A DNA stretch of 32,000 nucleotides, taken from the NCBI GenBank assembly GCA_038889235.1, contig JAWAHN010000003.1:21606-53605 (forward strand), read 5' to 3'. Shown piece after piece: positions 18,430-27,004 of the stretch. Below the pieces are notes generated by a model. That model saw only the letters and a list, made by a program, of their open reading frames with translations. It searched no databases and was not told the origin of the DNA. The stretch is from Candidatus Jordarchaeales archaeon (lineage in GTDB: Archaea > Asgardarchaeota > Jordiarchaeia > Jordiarchaeales > Freyrarchaeaceae). Numbering within the stretch: position 1 is the stretch's first letter; each line of letters begins with the position of its first letter. Both the position numbers and the translations under genes were made by a program.

Positions 18430-18475
18430 TTTATAAAACATTTGGTATTACTTTAAGACAAAAAAGTAATACCAA
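18430..18475 (+). promoter_or_regulatory. TATA box plus NikR operator of nikMNQO
   Basis: TTTATAAA at 18430-18437; perfect 13-bp inverted repeat TTGGTATTACTTT (18442-18454) / AAAGTAATACCAA (18463-18475). This is GTATTA-N16-TAATAC, the spacing of the NikR consensus GTATGA-N16-TCATAC. Confidence 0.88.
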
Positions 18476-18489
18476 GGTAGGGTGGTAGA

Positions 18490-19233
18490 GTGCACATACC
18501 CGATGGGTTCCTCGACCTGGGAGTAACTATGGTGTGCGCGGCGATCTCGGCGGCTTTCATCGTGATAGGGGTTATTCAGGCAAAGCGATACATGGACGAA
18601 AGACACGTCCCCTTAATGGCTGTATTGACGGCCGGAGTCTTCGCAGCCCAGCTGCTCAACTTCCCGATAATAGGCGGGACAAGCGGGCACCTGGTTGGAG
18701 GAACACTGCTAGCGGTCTTTCTAGGACCCCTCGGCGCTCTCCTTTCCATGACCGTCATCCTAGCAGTCCAAGCTCTCTTCTTCGGTGACGGTGGCATCAC
18801 AGCCCTAGGGGCTAACATACTGAACATGGGCGTCATAGGAGGCATCATAGGCTACTACGTTTACATCTTAGTTAGAAGGCTGGTGGGCAAAGGTGGATGG
18901 GGTGTAAGGATCGGAGCAGCTGTAGGCTCATACATCTCGGTAGTCCTAGGAGCCATAGCCTGCGGGGTTGAACTAGGTGTCTCGTCGCTCTTCCCCTTCC
19001 CCACCTGGATCACGGTTCCAGTGATGACGGGGTGGCACATGGTGATAGGGATTGGAGAAGCGCTGATAACCTTAGTTGTCATCGAGTACGTCCTTAGGGC
19101 TAGGCCGGACATGCTAGCCCTCCCTAAGGTAGGCTTCCGCGGCCTGCTAAAAGGCGTTAAAAGTGAGGAGCTGGAGGCGATGGAGAAAAAGGAGCTTGAA
19201 ACCGTGACCGGAAAAGTGGCTGGAGGGGGTTAA
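18490..19233 (+). CDS. nikM: Ni/Co ECF S component NikM/CbiM
   Basis: Metal-binding N-terminus MHIPDGFL, GTSGHLVGG, HMVIGIGEALIT. Confidence 0.92.
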   Translation: MHIPDGFLDLGVTMVCAAISAAFIVIGVIQAKRYMDERHVPLMAVLTAGVFAAQLLNFPIIGGTSGHLVGGTLLAVFLGPLGALLSMTVILAVQALFFGDGGITALGANILNMGVIGGIIGYYVYILVRRLVGKGGWGVRIGAAVGSYISVVLGAIACGVELGVSSLFPFPTWITVPVMTGWHMVIGIGEALITLVVIEYVLRARPDMLALPKVGFRGLLKGVKSEELEAMEKKELETVTGKVAGGG

Positions 19234-19234
19234 T

Positions 19235-19750
19235 GTGGCGTCGATAGTTGAAGCGATAAAGGCTACCTGGCGCCAGAGGTGGTTTAGGCTCAGCGTCCTA
19301 GCAGGGGTAATAGTGATAGGATTCTTCCTACCGCTTGCATCAACAGCTCCCGACGGCCTGGAGCGAACCGTAGAGAGTTTGGTCCAACCGCTAGACATCA
19401 CGTTGATGCTTATTTACTACGGCGAGGTGACAGGGGAGACGGGGCCCCTGAGTGCTTGGCTAACCTTCCTGGGAATCAACTACCTGTTGCGGGCGCCGAT
19501 GCCAGACTACGTGTTGCTTCAGCTAGCTCCGGGGGTTTATGTGAGCTACGTGCTTGAGATGATGAGTGCGCTCCAAGTGCTGGGACTAGCATCCTTCGAA
19601 ATTCCAGAAGACGTCGTAGCGCTGCTGCTTAGCTCGGCTGGCGGACACGAGTATCTGGCATCTCTCACAGCGTCGCTAATAGGTTTCTTCGTGGTTCTCG
19701 GAGTAACCTGGCTGGTTGGCTTCGCCCTCAAGAAGAGGAAGGCGGCTTAA
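19235..19750 (+). CDS. nikN: PDGLE-domain accessory protein (NikN-like)
   Basis: ASTAPDGLE and APMPDY motifs between two TM helices; directly after nikM. Confidence 0.85.
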   Translation: MASIVEAIKATWRQRWFRLSVLAGVIVIGFFLPLASTAPDGLERTVESLVQPLDITLMLIYYGEVTGETGPLSAWLTFLGINYLLRAPMPDYVLLQLAPGVYVSYVLEMMSALQVLGLASFEIPEDVVALLLSSAGGHEYLASLTASLIGFFVVLGVTWLVGFALKKRKAA

Positions 19751-19778
19751 GCTCCGCCGGGACGCCATGGGCGTTTGA

Positions 19779-19852
19779 GGGGGCTGCCGGGGGGTTTACA
19801 CAGTCCACCGCCCCCCACGTAACCCTCCCCCTCCCGGCACCCCCCTTTTTTT
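19779..19852 (+). terminator. GC-rich stem followed by T7 within the nik operon
   Basis: 19779-19794 pairs with 19830-19845 (5 bp, one C-C mismatch, 10 bp including one G-U), immediately followed by TTTTTTT at 19846-19852. Confidence 0.45.
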
Positions 19853-19923
19853 GGTATTATTTCGAACAAAAAGAATATTAACTCTGGACTTCATGTTTCC
19901 TTCAAAACTCGGAGGAAGCAGCG

Positions 19924-20847
19924 GTGCGTGGAGCCGGTTTCAAGGAGTTTTTCGAGCTGTTCGAGCGTCTTCTCGACGCTGAAAGGTTTAACAGTATAAA
20001 TTCACCTGTCCACAGGCTTGACCCCCGTGTCAAGATACTTGCTTCCACAGCCATCATACTGTCCGCCATAGCCGTGGACGGCTTCTTCTACCTGATACCG
20101 TTAGCGTTCGCAGTCCTGTTTTTGCTGTCCATCTCTAGGCTGCCTAGGGCTGTGTTTCTCTCCCGCTCACTTCCCTTCACTCTTCTCAGCGCACTGGTCG
20201 TTCTACCGGCCCCATTTGTGACCCCCGGGGTTCCCGCTGCAACAATTCACCTCCCCCTGGTCACCGTCACCCCGACATTTGAGGGGGTTTACAGGGCTGT
20301 AACCTTCGTTTTTAGAGTTTGGATCTGCATATCTTCGGCGCTGCTCCTAACTTTCACGACGAGATTCCCAGATATCGCCGCAGGGTTAAGGGGGATGGGG
20401 TTTCCATCCCTCCTTTCATTAATCCTGCTCCTAACATACAGGTACTCCTTCCTCTTCGCCGACGAGGCTTTGAAGATGCTTCAAGCAAAGGAGTCTAGGA
20501 CGCTTAAAAAGGAGGGCTTCTTCGAGAGGGTTAGGTTAGTTGGAAAAATGACCGGCTGCCTTCTCTTGAGAGCCTACGAGAAGGGTGAAGAAGTTTACTA
20601 CGCCATGAGCTTGAGAGGCTTCCATGGAGAGCTGGCTCCAACGGTCTCCAAGCTCAAGCTGAGGGCGTGTGACGTGGCGTTCGCCGTGGCGTTCACCGCG
20701 TTTTGCCTCACCGTTGCCCTGCTTGGGTGGGGTGGTCCATCTTTTGTGGCGTTCTGGCTTCCACTCGCCAAGATAATCGTGGTCAAAGCTTTGCTAAGGT
20801 GGGTCGTGTTAATAATACCTTTGTCGGGGGGCTTCGCTGTTGCGTAG
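19924..20847 (+). CDS. nikQ: Ni/Co ECF T component NikQ/CbiQ
   Basis: VHRLDPRVKI, LTYRYSFLF, KESR, MSLRGF; GGAGGA RBS. Confidence 0.92.
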   Translation: MRGAGFKEFFELFERLLDAERFNSINSPVHRLDPRVKILASTAIILSAIAVDGFFYLIPLAFAVLFLLSISRLPRAVFLSRSLPFTLLSALVVLPAPFVTPGVPAATIHLPLVTVTPTFEGVYRAVTFVFRVWICISSALLLTFTTRFPDIAAGLRGMGFPSLLSLILLLTYRYSFLFADEALKMLQAKESRTLKKEGFFERVRLVGKMTGCLLLRAYEKGEEVYYAMSLRGFHGELAPTVSKLKLRACDVAFAVAFTAFCLTVALLGWGGPSFVAFWLPLAKIIVVKALLRWVVLIIPLSGGFAVA

Positions 20848-21709
20848 TGTGGTTCTCGAAGCTGACGACGTCTGGTTCACCTACCCTGACGGCACACAGG
20901 CGTTGAAAGGAGTAAGCTTCAGGGTGTTTAGTGGGGAAACCGTGGTCCTGCTCGGGCCTAGTGGGGCTGGTAAGTCAACTCTGCTCCTCCACTTCGCGGG
21001 CATACTGTTTCCCACGTCTGGCAGCGTCTACGTTTGCGGCGAAAGGGTTTCGAGAAGGAACGTCAGAGAGGTGAGGAGACGCGTGGGCTTCGTCTTCCAG
21101 AACCCTGAAAGCCAGCTCTTCTGCCCGACCCTCTGGGAGGATGTGGCCTTTGGCCCAATTAACATGGGACTTCCGCCGGACGAGGTTGAGAGAAGGGTTA
21201 GGATGGCGCTGGAAGCCGTCGGCCTCCTAGACTACGCCCGTAAGCACCCTCACCACCTGAGTTTCGGGGAGAAGAGGAGAGCTGCCCTCGCCACAGTTCT
21301 ATCCATGGACCCCGAGATATATCTCTTCGACGAGCCGACAGCAAACCTTGACCCAAAAAACGCCTCGTATGTCGTCGGCAAGATAGTGCAGCTTTCAGAG
21401 GAGGGGAAAACCGTTCTAGTAGCAACACACGACATCAACATGCTTCCACAAGTGGCTTCGAGAGTCGTCGTTATGAGCGGCGGCAGAGTTGTCTCAGACG
21501 GGAAGCCGGAGGAGGTCCTTTCAGACTTCAAGCTCATCGAGGAAGCCGGGTTACAGCCGCCAGTGGTCACAAGCCTCCTCCATGGCATTCACGAAGAAGG
21601 AATACTGAACGTAGATACGCCGTACCCGATCTCCCTGGAGGCTGCGAAGTGGAAGATAAGGGAGAGCGTGAAGAAACTGCTGGAGGGTGCACGAAGCCCT
21701 GCAAAGTAA
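20840..21709 (+). CDS. nikO: Ni/Co ECF ATPase NikO/CbiO
   Basis: GPSGAGKST, FQNPESQLF, LSFGEKRR, FDEPT, ATHD. Confidence 0.93.
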   Translation: MRSVVLEADDVWFTYPDGTQALKGVSFRVFSGETVVLLGPSGAGKSTLLLHFAGILFPTSGSVYVCGERVSRRNVREVRRRVGFVFQNPESQLFCPTLWEDVAFGPINMGLPPDEVERRVRMALEAVGLLDYARKHPHHLSFGEKRRAALATVLSMDPEIYLFDEPTANLDPKNASYVVGKIVQLSEEGKTVLVATHDINMLPQVASRVVVMSGGRVVSDGKPEEVLSDFKLIEEAGLQPPVVTSLLHGIHEEGILNVDTPYPISLEAAKWKIRESVKKLLEGARSPAK

Positions 21710-21908
21710 ACTCGAGCTCCCTACGAGGAAGACGTGTCGGCGAAGAGGTCTCCTGCCTTACCGGTCTCTACGAGCGCCGGTTGGTGGAGAACGCCACCCC
21801 CTGTGATGGCTTTTTTGAGCCCTCCACGGCGCCATTTAACCCCTTGCCGTCCTGCAGGATGCATGATGAGCTACTACACCTCCGTGGCGCTGTCCTCCAT
21901 GTTTTAGT

Positions 21909-22847
21909 CTACAATAATCTTTTGGGGGTCAGTTTTTGACTTTCCAAGAAGCTTTTCACCTGGCTTAGCGTGGGGAGCCCATCTACTGCCCCGTGCGCCG
22001 TGCACTTCAAAGCCGCTGTTGCACTCGCTATCATAATCGTCTCGCTTAGGGGGAGATGTTTGACGAGCCCGTATATCACGCCAGCGTTCCAAGCGTCCCC
22101 GGCTCCGACGGTATCTACTACTCTCACGGGATATGCCTCCATAAACCAGAGAGATGACCGGTCGCCTAGCACCGAGCCCCGTTCGCCCATCTTCACACCG
22201 ACAACCCTCGCCCCCATCCTCCTACACTCCTCAACTATTTCCTCGGGCTCTGTTTCGCCGAGGAGGAAGCGGTACTCCCCAACCGTAGCTAGAATCACGT
22301 CCGACCTTTTTGCCGCTTCAAGTGTAACCTCCCTTGCCTCCTCCTCGCTCTCCCAGGAGTCTGGCCTGTAGGTTGGGTCGAAGGAGACTATGACCCCCCT
22401 TTTTCTGAGCTCTTCAACCATCTTCAAAGCATTCACCCTCAAGGGTTCATGTGACAGGGGGAGCCCTGTGAAGTGGAAGACCGCCGCCTTGAACGCTACG
22501 GCTAGGTCTTCCTCGCCCAGCTCGAGCTCGGTGTCTGCTGAAACCACCCACGGCCTTCTGTAAAAGAAGAAAACGTTTTCCCCTTTTAGGCGCGATACGA
22601 AGGCTAGCGTCGTCCTATGGCTTGTAACCCTCACCCTCTCGACGTTCACACGGTTAGCTTTTAGGGTGTCTAGCAAGAACTCGCCGAAAGGGTCACACCC
22701 GACTGCCGCTATGGCCGCCACGTTAAGGCCTAGACGGGAGCATGCTATAGCGGTATTCATTGGAGCGCCGCCAAAGCAGACCTTAAACAACCTATCCCCG
22801 ACTGGGACAAAGTCGGCGATAATTTCCCCGAAACAGACGACGTCCAA
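21909..22847 (-). CDS. PfkB-family carbohydrate kinase
   Basis: GGAPMNTAIACSRLG and DTVGAGDAWNAG signatures; start TTG at 22847 inferred. Confidence 0.93.
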   Translation of the reverse strand: MDVVCFGEIIADFVPVGDRLFKVCFGGAPMNTAIACSRLGLNVAAIAAVGCDPFGEFLLDTLKANRVNVERVRVTSHRTTLAFVSRLKGENVFFFYRRPWVVSADTELELGEEDLAVAFKAAVFHFTGLPLSHEPLRVNALKMVEELRKRGVIVSFDPTYRPDSWESEEEAREVTLEAAKRSDVILATVGEYRFLLGETEPEEIVEECRRMGARVVGVKMGERGSVLGDRSSLWFMEAYPVRVVDTVGAGDAWNAGVIYGLVKHLPLSETIMIASATAALKCTAHGAVDGLPTLSQVKSFLESQKLTPKRLL

Positions 22848-22947
22848 GCGCCATACCCCCAACAAGACGAAAGATTAGGGAAGACTCCTTAAATTTCTGC
22901 ACGCAAGCTCCCATTCTCCTCGGAGAACTAGGATCCCTGGAAAACAG

Positions 22948-22956
22948 ATATATAAA
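22948..22956 (+). promoter_or_regulatory. Candidate TATA box for the mgtE-like gene
   Basis: ATATATAAA preceded by purine-rich GGAAAACAG, about 60 nt upstream of the ATG at 23012. Confidence 0.4.
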
Positions 22957-23011
22957 GGATGATTCTAGTGGTGAGTTAAGCTCTCCCCGGGGTGACAAAG
23001 ATTGGTGGGGG

Positions 23012-24232
23012 ATGACTCTTTTGGGGTCAGAGCTTCTCTCGAGAGCCACGTTCAAGCGCCTACTCTTACAGGCGCTCTCCTCCCAGACATTCAACTTGTC
23101 CGGGGTTACTGCTGGAGTAATAGTGGCGACCCTGTCCGCTTACACCCAGATGAACCCCTGGATCCTCGTTCTACTCCCCCCCTTACTAACGATAAGAGGG
23201 AATATTGGTGGCATCCTATGTGGGAGGCTTAGCACCTCTCTATATACTGGTCTCATAAAACCGGTGTTTTGGAAAAACACACGCTACTACTACGCGACCA
23301 TCGCAAGCACTTTTGTCATGAGCTTCTTATTCTCCATCGTGATAGGCGTTTTTTCATTCTTTATAGTGAATGCGATGTATGGGGGTAACCTCAGTTTAAC
23401 GGACACTCTCTCCCTAGCAGTGCTCGTCATGATGACCTGCTCCACAATGGCGCAGCTCTTCACGCCGATAATAGCGATCTCCTCCTACAGGAGGGGGCTT
23501 AACCCCGACATGATACTCTACCCCATCACGTCCACGGCTAACGACATAGCGATAAGCGCTACATACACGCTTCTCGTGCTCGTCAAACTTTTCTGGAGCG
23601 GGGTCTTCGCCGCCCTCTCCTTAATACTGCTGCCATCCTTCATCGCGGCTGCAGCCATATTAACGTTGAAGTACTGGAGGGAGGAAGGGTTCAGGGAGAC
23701 GTTCAAAGAGGGCTTCCCGACAGCCCTTCTCCTCACCTTCATCAGCCAGATAACGGGCAGCTTCTTATCCCAGCTGGAAGACCAGATAGCGGTGTACCCT
23801 CAAATCCTAGCAGTCTACCCCATACTGATAGACGGCGTCGGAGACGTGGGTGTGATCATTTCGTCGGCGACAACAGCTAGACTAGCCCTCGGTTACATAG
23901 AGCCGCGAATGCGCAGCATTAAAGGTGAGGAGGGAAGAAAAGTCGTGTTCAGCTCCCTAATAGCAGGTCTCACACTGATATTGAGCGTCACTTTCTTAGC
24001 GTCGTCAGTTTACACGCCGTCGCTTACTCAGATCGTGCACTCCTTCTTGATAGTCGCGTGTGCCGTGCTCCTAGTAACGGTGCCCATAACCGTCGTCTCG
24101 TTCGGTATTACAATTCTGACGTTCAAGAGAGGTATAAACCCTGACAACGTGACAATCCCAATTATAACATCATTTGCAGACTTCTTCATCACGGCTTCAC
24201 TCTTCACCGCATCCCAGCTCGTCGTATTCTAG
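23012..24232 (+). CDS. MgtE-family divalent cation transporter with two membrane repeats (SLC41-like topology)
   Basis: Repeat 1 PPLLTIRGNIGG...NPDMILYPITSTAND; repeat 2 PILIDGVGDVG...NPDNVTIPIITSFAD; no CBS domain. Confidence 0.88.
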   Translation: MTLLGSELLSRATFKRLLLQALSSQTFNLSGVTAGVIVATLSAYTQMNPWILVLLPPLLTIRGNIGGILCGRLSTSLYTGLIKPVFWKNTRYYYATIASTFVMSFLFSIVIGVFSFFIVNAMYGGNLSLTDTLSLAVLVMMTCSTMAQLFTPIIAISSYRRGLNPDMILYPITSTANDIAISATYTLLVLVKLFWSGVFAALSLILLPSFIAAAAILTLKYWREEGFRETFKEGFPTALLLTFISQITGSFLSQLEDQIAVYPQILAVYPILIDGVGDVGVIISSATTARLALGYIEPRMRSIKGEEGRKVVFSSLIAGLTLILSVTFLASSVYTPSLTQIVHSFLIVACAVLLVTVPITVVSFGITILTFKRGINPDNVTIPIITSFADFFITASLFTASQLVVF

Positions 24233-24411
24233 AAGTGAAAAGAGCTCTCAAACCCTTTCGAGACCTTAAACGTCTGAACTTCAACACTCACATCTCAGCT
24301 CTAGGAGACTCTGCCAGCAGGCAGCCGCCCCAGCAAGGGCCCCTCTTAAAGCGGAAGCCTTTTCTGAGACGCCACACATTCTTAATTTAAACTGTCTCGG
24401 GGTGCACAGGC

Positions 24412-24921
24412 TTGCCGAGAAGAGGAGCCAGATGGGAGCTCGTTGGGATGCTTTTCGCAATACTGATGATGCTGGGCCTCTTGGTGCCTACGGTTACAAT
24501 ACAGACGACGCTTTTCGGCACCGTGGTTGACATGGATGCGTGGTTTGGCTCGTTAAACAGCATAGTGTGTTTAATCGGGGGAATAATATGCATAATAGGA
24601 GTCTTCCTTACGTTCGCAACGAAAGGCTACGCGATAAATGAGGGACTAGCGATTTTCGGGGGCAGCGTAGCATTAACGTCATCGTTCCTCTACTTAGCAG
24701 GTAGAGTAGGCGCATCGATAAACTACATGCTTCTCAAAGTCCCCTTCGCATACTATCTCTACATCTACCAAGGAGAGTGGCACTACGTCCTCCTGTACCG
24801 TGACATCCCAATATACTTGGCAACGCTCCAAATCCCCCTAGGACCAATAGTTACGTGCGTTTCCGCATTCATAGTCATTGTACTATTTCTAGCACTACTA
24901 GGTGGATACTGGAGGAGATGA
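24412..24921 (+). CDS. Hypothetical membrane protein (about 4 TM)
   Basis: Hydrophobic helices, upstream AATTTAAA box; no family recognised; start uncertain. Confidence 0.65.
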   Translation: MPRRGARWELVGMLFAILMMLGLLVPTVTIQTTLFGTVVDMDAWFGSLNSIVCLIGGIICIIGVFLTFATKGYAINEGLAIFGGSVALTSSFLYLAGRVGASINYMLLKVPFAYYLYIYQGEWHYVLLYRDIPIYLATLQIPLGPIVTCVSAFIVIVLFLALLGGYWRR

Positions 24922-25668
24922 AACAAAGGATGTCTTTCTCCCTCTCAGCCCGGTAAACTCGGCAAACCCGTCTTTGAAATGATGGAGCACCAAGACCATA
25001 CGCAAAACACCCGTTTTTTCTTTCCATTCACTTTTAAAGGGCGAAGGAACGTAGAAAGATGAAGTAGCTGCACGGGTGTCGCGAAGAAATCGCAGCACAT
25101 CACCTGGGATATCACCGATTTCTACTGGAATTAGTAGCTTCCTCTGCTCTAGAAGCTAGTCGGTCATGAAACTTTTAAAGAAAAGGCTAAGAAAAATTGG
25201 CAGCTAAAATCAAAAGGCTGAATAAGCCAAGTCTTTTAAAAATCCCGCCTGCAGAACAGACACTCTTAGGAGATCGCTGGCCGAATTCATGCCGAGAAGA
25301 TGCCCGGTCAACCCTCGTTTCGAAGGAGTCGAAAACGTGCTCCAGTTAGATTGACACCTACGGAACGGTGTATGAAACCGTAAGCGCCGCTCCCTTACTT
25401 TTTGAGGGACATGGTAGTTCTAGATGGCCGACTTAAAGAGCCCTGAAGGTCAAAAAAAGTTGGCTGAATAGGTGAATCTTATCCTGACAACGGGGGGAAC
25501 AAAAAATAGTTAGTTTCAAGGATTAATGGTGTGAAAAGCGTCTCATACAACGCTGAAGGAATACGTTGACAAGGAGGGTAAAGAAACCCTTCGGAGAAGA
25601 AATGTAAAAGTGTGAGGAAAGTTAAGAAAGTGTTTTGCTGGTTGTAAATCCTACCCGAGGTGTGATAA

Positions 25669-26133
25669 GTGAAGGCGAGAAACGTGCTCGCACTTGCGCT
25701 CATCTTCTCGCTATTCCTGTCAACTCTAGCGGTCTTATTCGCTCCGAAAACAATCTGGCTTACCATACCATACCGCGATGTTGAAACACGCGACCTCACC
25801 TTTACAGTAGAAGCAGGAAAGTATTATGACGTCAACTTCTACCTGCCCTCAGGATACTCTGTAAACTTTTCATTCAACCTTTCGGGACCAACTTTCATGA
25901 GAGTATACCTGATGGACTCGGAGAATTTTAAAAGATATGAGGAAGGAAAAGAAGACTATACCTCGATTCTCACCATAGACGCTATTCCAGGTGAAGTATA
26001 TCAAGGGAATTACACTGCTGCGAGAAGCGACAGGTACCACCTTGTTTTCGAGAATTCTATTTCTAATGCTAGTGTGAGCTTGGTGATTGACTTGGAGGTG
26101 CAGAGATTTCTGTTTGTGCCTTACAGAACTTAG
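25669..26133 (+). CDS. Membrane-anchored beta-sandwich protein, GOLD/emp24-like
   Basis: N-terminal TM, alternating beta-strand pattern, YHLVFENSIS resembling the GOLD YxLxFDNxxS motif. Confidence 0.6.
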   Translation: MKARNVLALALIFSLFLSTLAVLFAPKTIWLTIPYRDVETRDLTFTVEAGKYYDVNFYLPSGYSVNFSFNLSGPTFMRVYLMDSENFKRYEEGKEDYTSILTIDAIPGEVYQGNYTAARSDRYHLVFENSISNASVSLVIDLEVQRFLFVPYRT

Positions 26134-26165
26134 CTTACATATTTTCCTAGTTGGGAGGGTTTGGT

Positions 26166-26584
26166 GTGCTGGATGAGGAGGAGTATTCGAGGTGGATTAG
26201 GTCTGCTTTGAGTTCTGCTAGGGGTGACTTAGAGAAGGGTGATTACAACTGGGCTTGTTTTAAGGCTCAGCAGGCGGCTGAGTTTGTTGTCAGGGGGCTA
26301 TTTCACGGGCTCGGTTTTCCTGCCTATGGACGTAGTGTGTCGAAGTTGTTTGAATGTCTCCCAGAGAGTTTAAGTGCTGAGTGCCCTATTTGGGAAGCTA
26401 GAGTTTTGGACAGGTATTATATTCCAATTAAGATATCCTAACGCTTGGGCGGAGGGGTTCCAGCCGACTACTATATGAGGGAAGACGCTGAAAAAATGCT
26501 ATTAATTAATGCCGAAAAATCATTGAGTGGGTGGATGAAAAGTGGAGGTTGTTAAGGAGAGAAGGCGTGTTAGAGAAGAAGTGA
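26166..26584 (+). pseudogene. HEPN-domain protein, frameshifted
   Basis: YNWACFKAQQAAE and LDRYYIP, then continues in another frame as RYPNAWAEG after an extra A near 26429-26431. Further indels near 26495-26520 precede IEWVDEKWRLLRRE. Confidence 0.85.
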
Positions 26585-26932
26585 TCGGAAAGGTCTCGGA
26601 GTGGGCGCGCGGCTTGCCCTTCAAGTGTACCGTGGTGCTTATCGGGTCTTACGCGAGAGGTGACTTCAACCTTTGGAGTGACGTAGACCTCCTCCTTATT
26701 TCTGACGAGCTTAAGGGTAAACCCTTAGAGAGAATGAAAAAACATAGACGCGACCTCAGGGTTCCAAGTTATACCGTTAACTGTTGAGGAATACCGTTGG
26801 CAGGAAAGGAAAGGTAATCCTTTAGCCAGTGAGGCGAAAAGGAGTGGTGTCGTGGTAAGAGATGATGAAAAATATTCGAGTGACGGTGTTTCTCTCACTT
26901 TTCGTTTTAAAACCTGCCTGCACATTCTTTGA
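26542..26932 (+). pseudogene. Minimal nucleotidyltransferase (MNT), frameshifted
   Basis: LIGSYARGDFNLWSDVDLLLI intact. Removing one A from the A6 run at 26737-26742 restores IDATSGFQVIPLTVEEY...GNPLASEAKRSGVVVRDD. Confidence 0.85.
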
Positions 26933-27004
26933 ATGTTATAAATGTGAAGACAAGCGATAATGTTGCCGTGCTTTGTTCATGTGGCGAGTGGGAGTGAGGA
27001 GCAA

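Noticed and set aside
18217-18489. Cobalamin or NiCo riboswitch upstream of nikM
   Set aside because: The TATA box lies about 55 nt from the start codon, leaving no room, and no conserved riboswitch boxes are visible.
19851-19884. Third NikR-like site before nikQ (TTGGTATTAT half-site)
   Set aside because: The partner half at the correct spacing is TATTAA (4/6), and no clear TATA box lies upstream; at most a weak site.
25424-25615. Protein-like reading (MADLKSPEGQKKLAE...) in the 750-nt gap
   Set aside because: Three internal stops in 64 codons is near random expectation; no recognisable motif.
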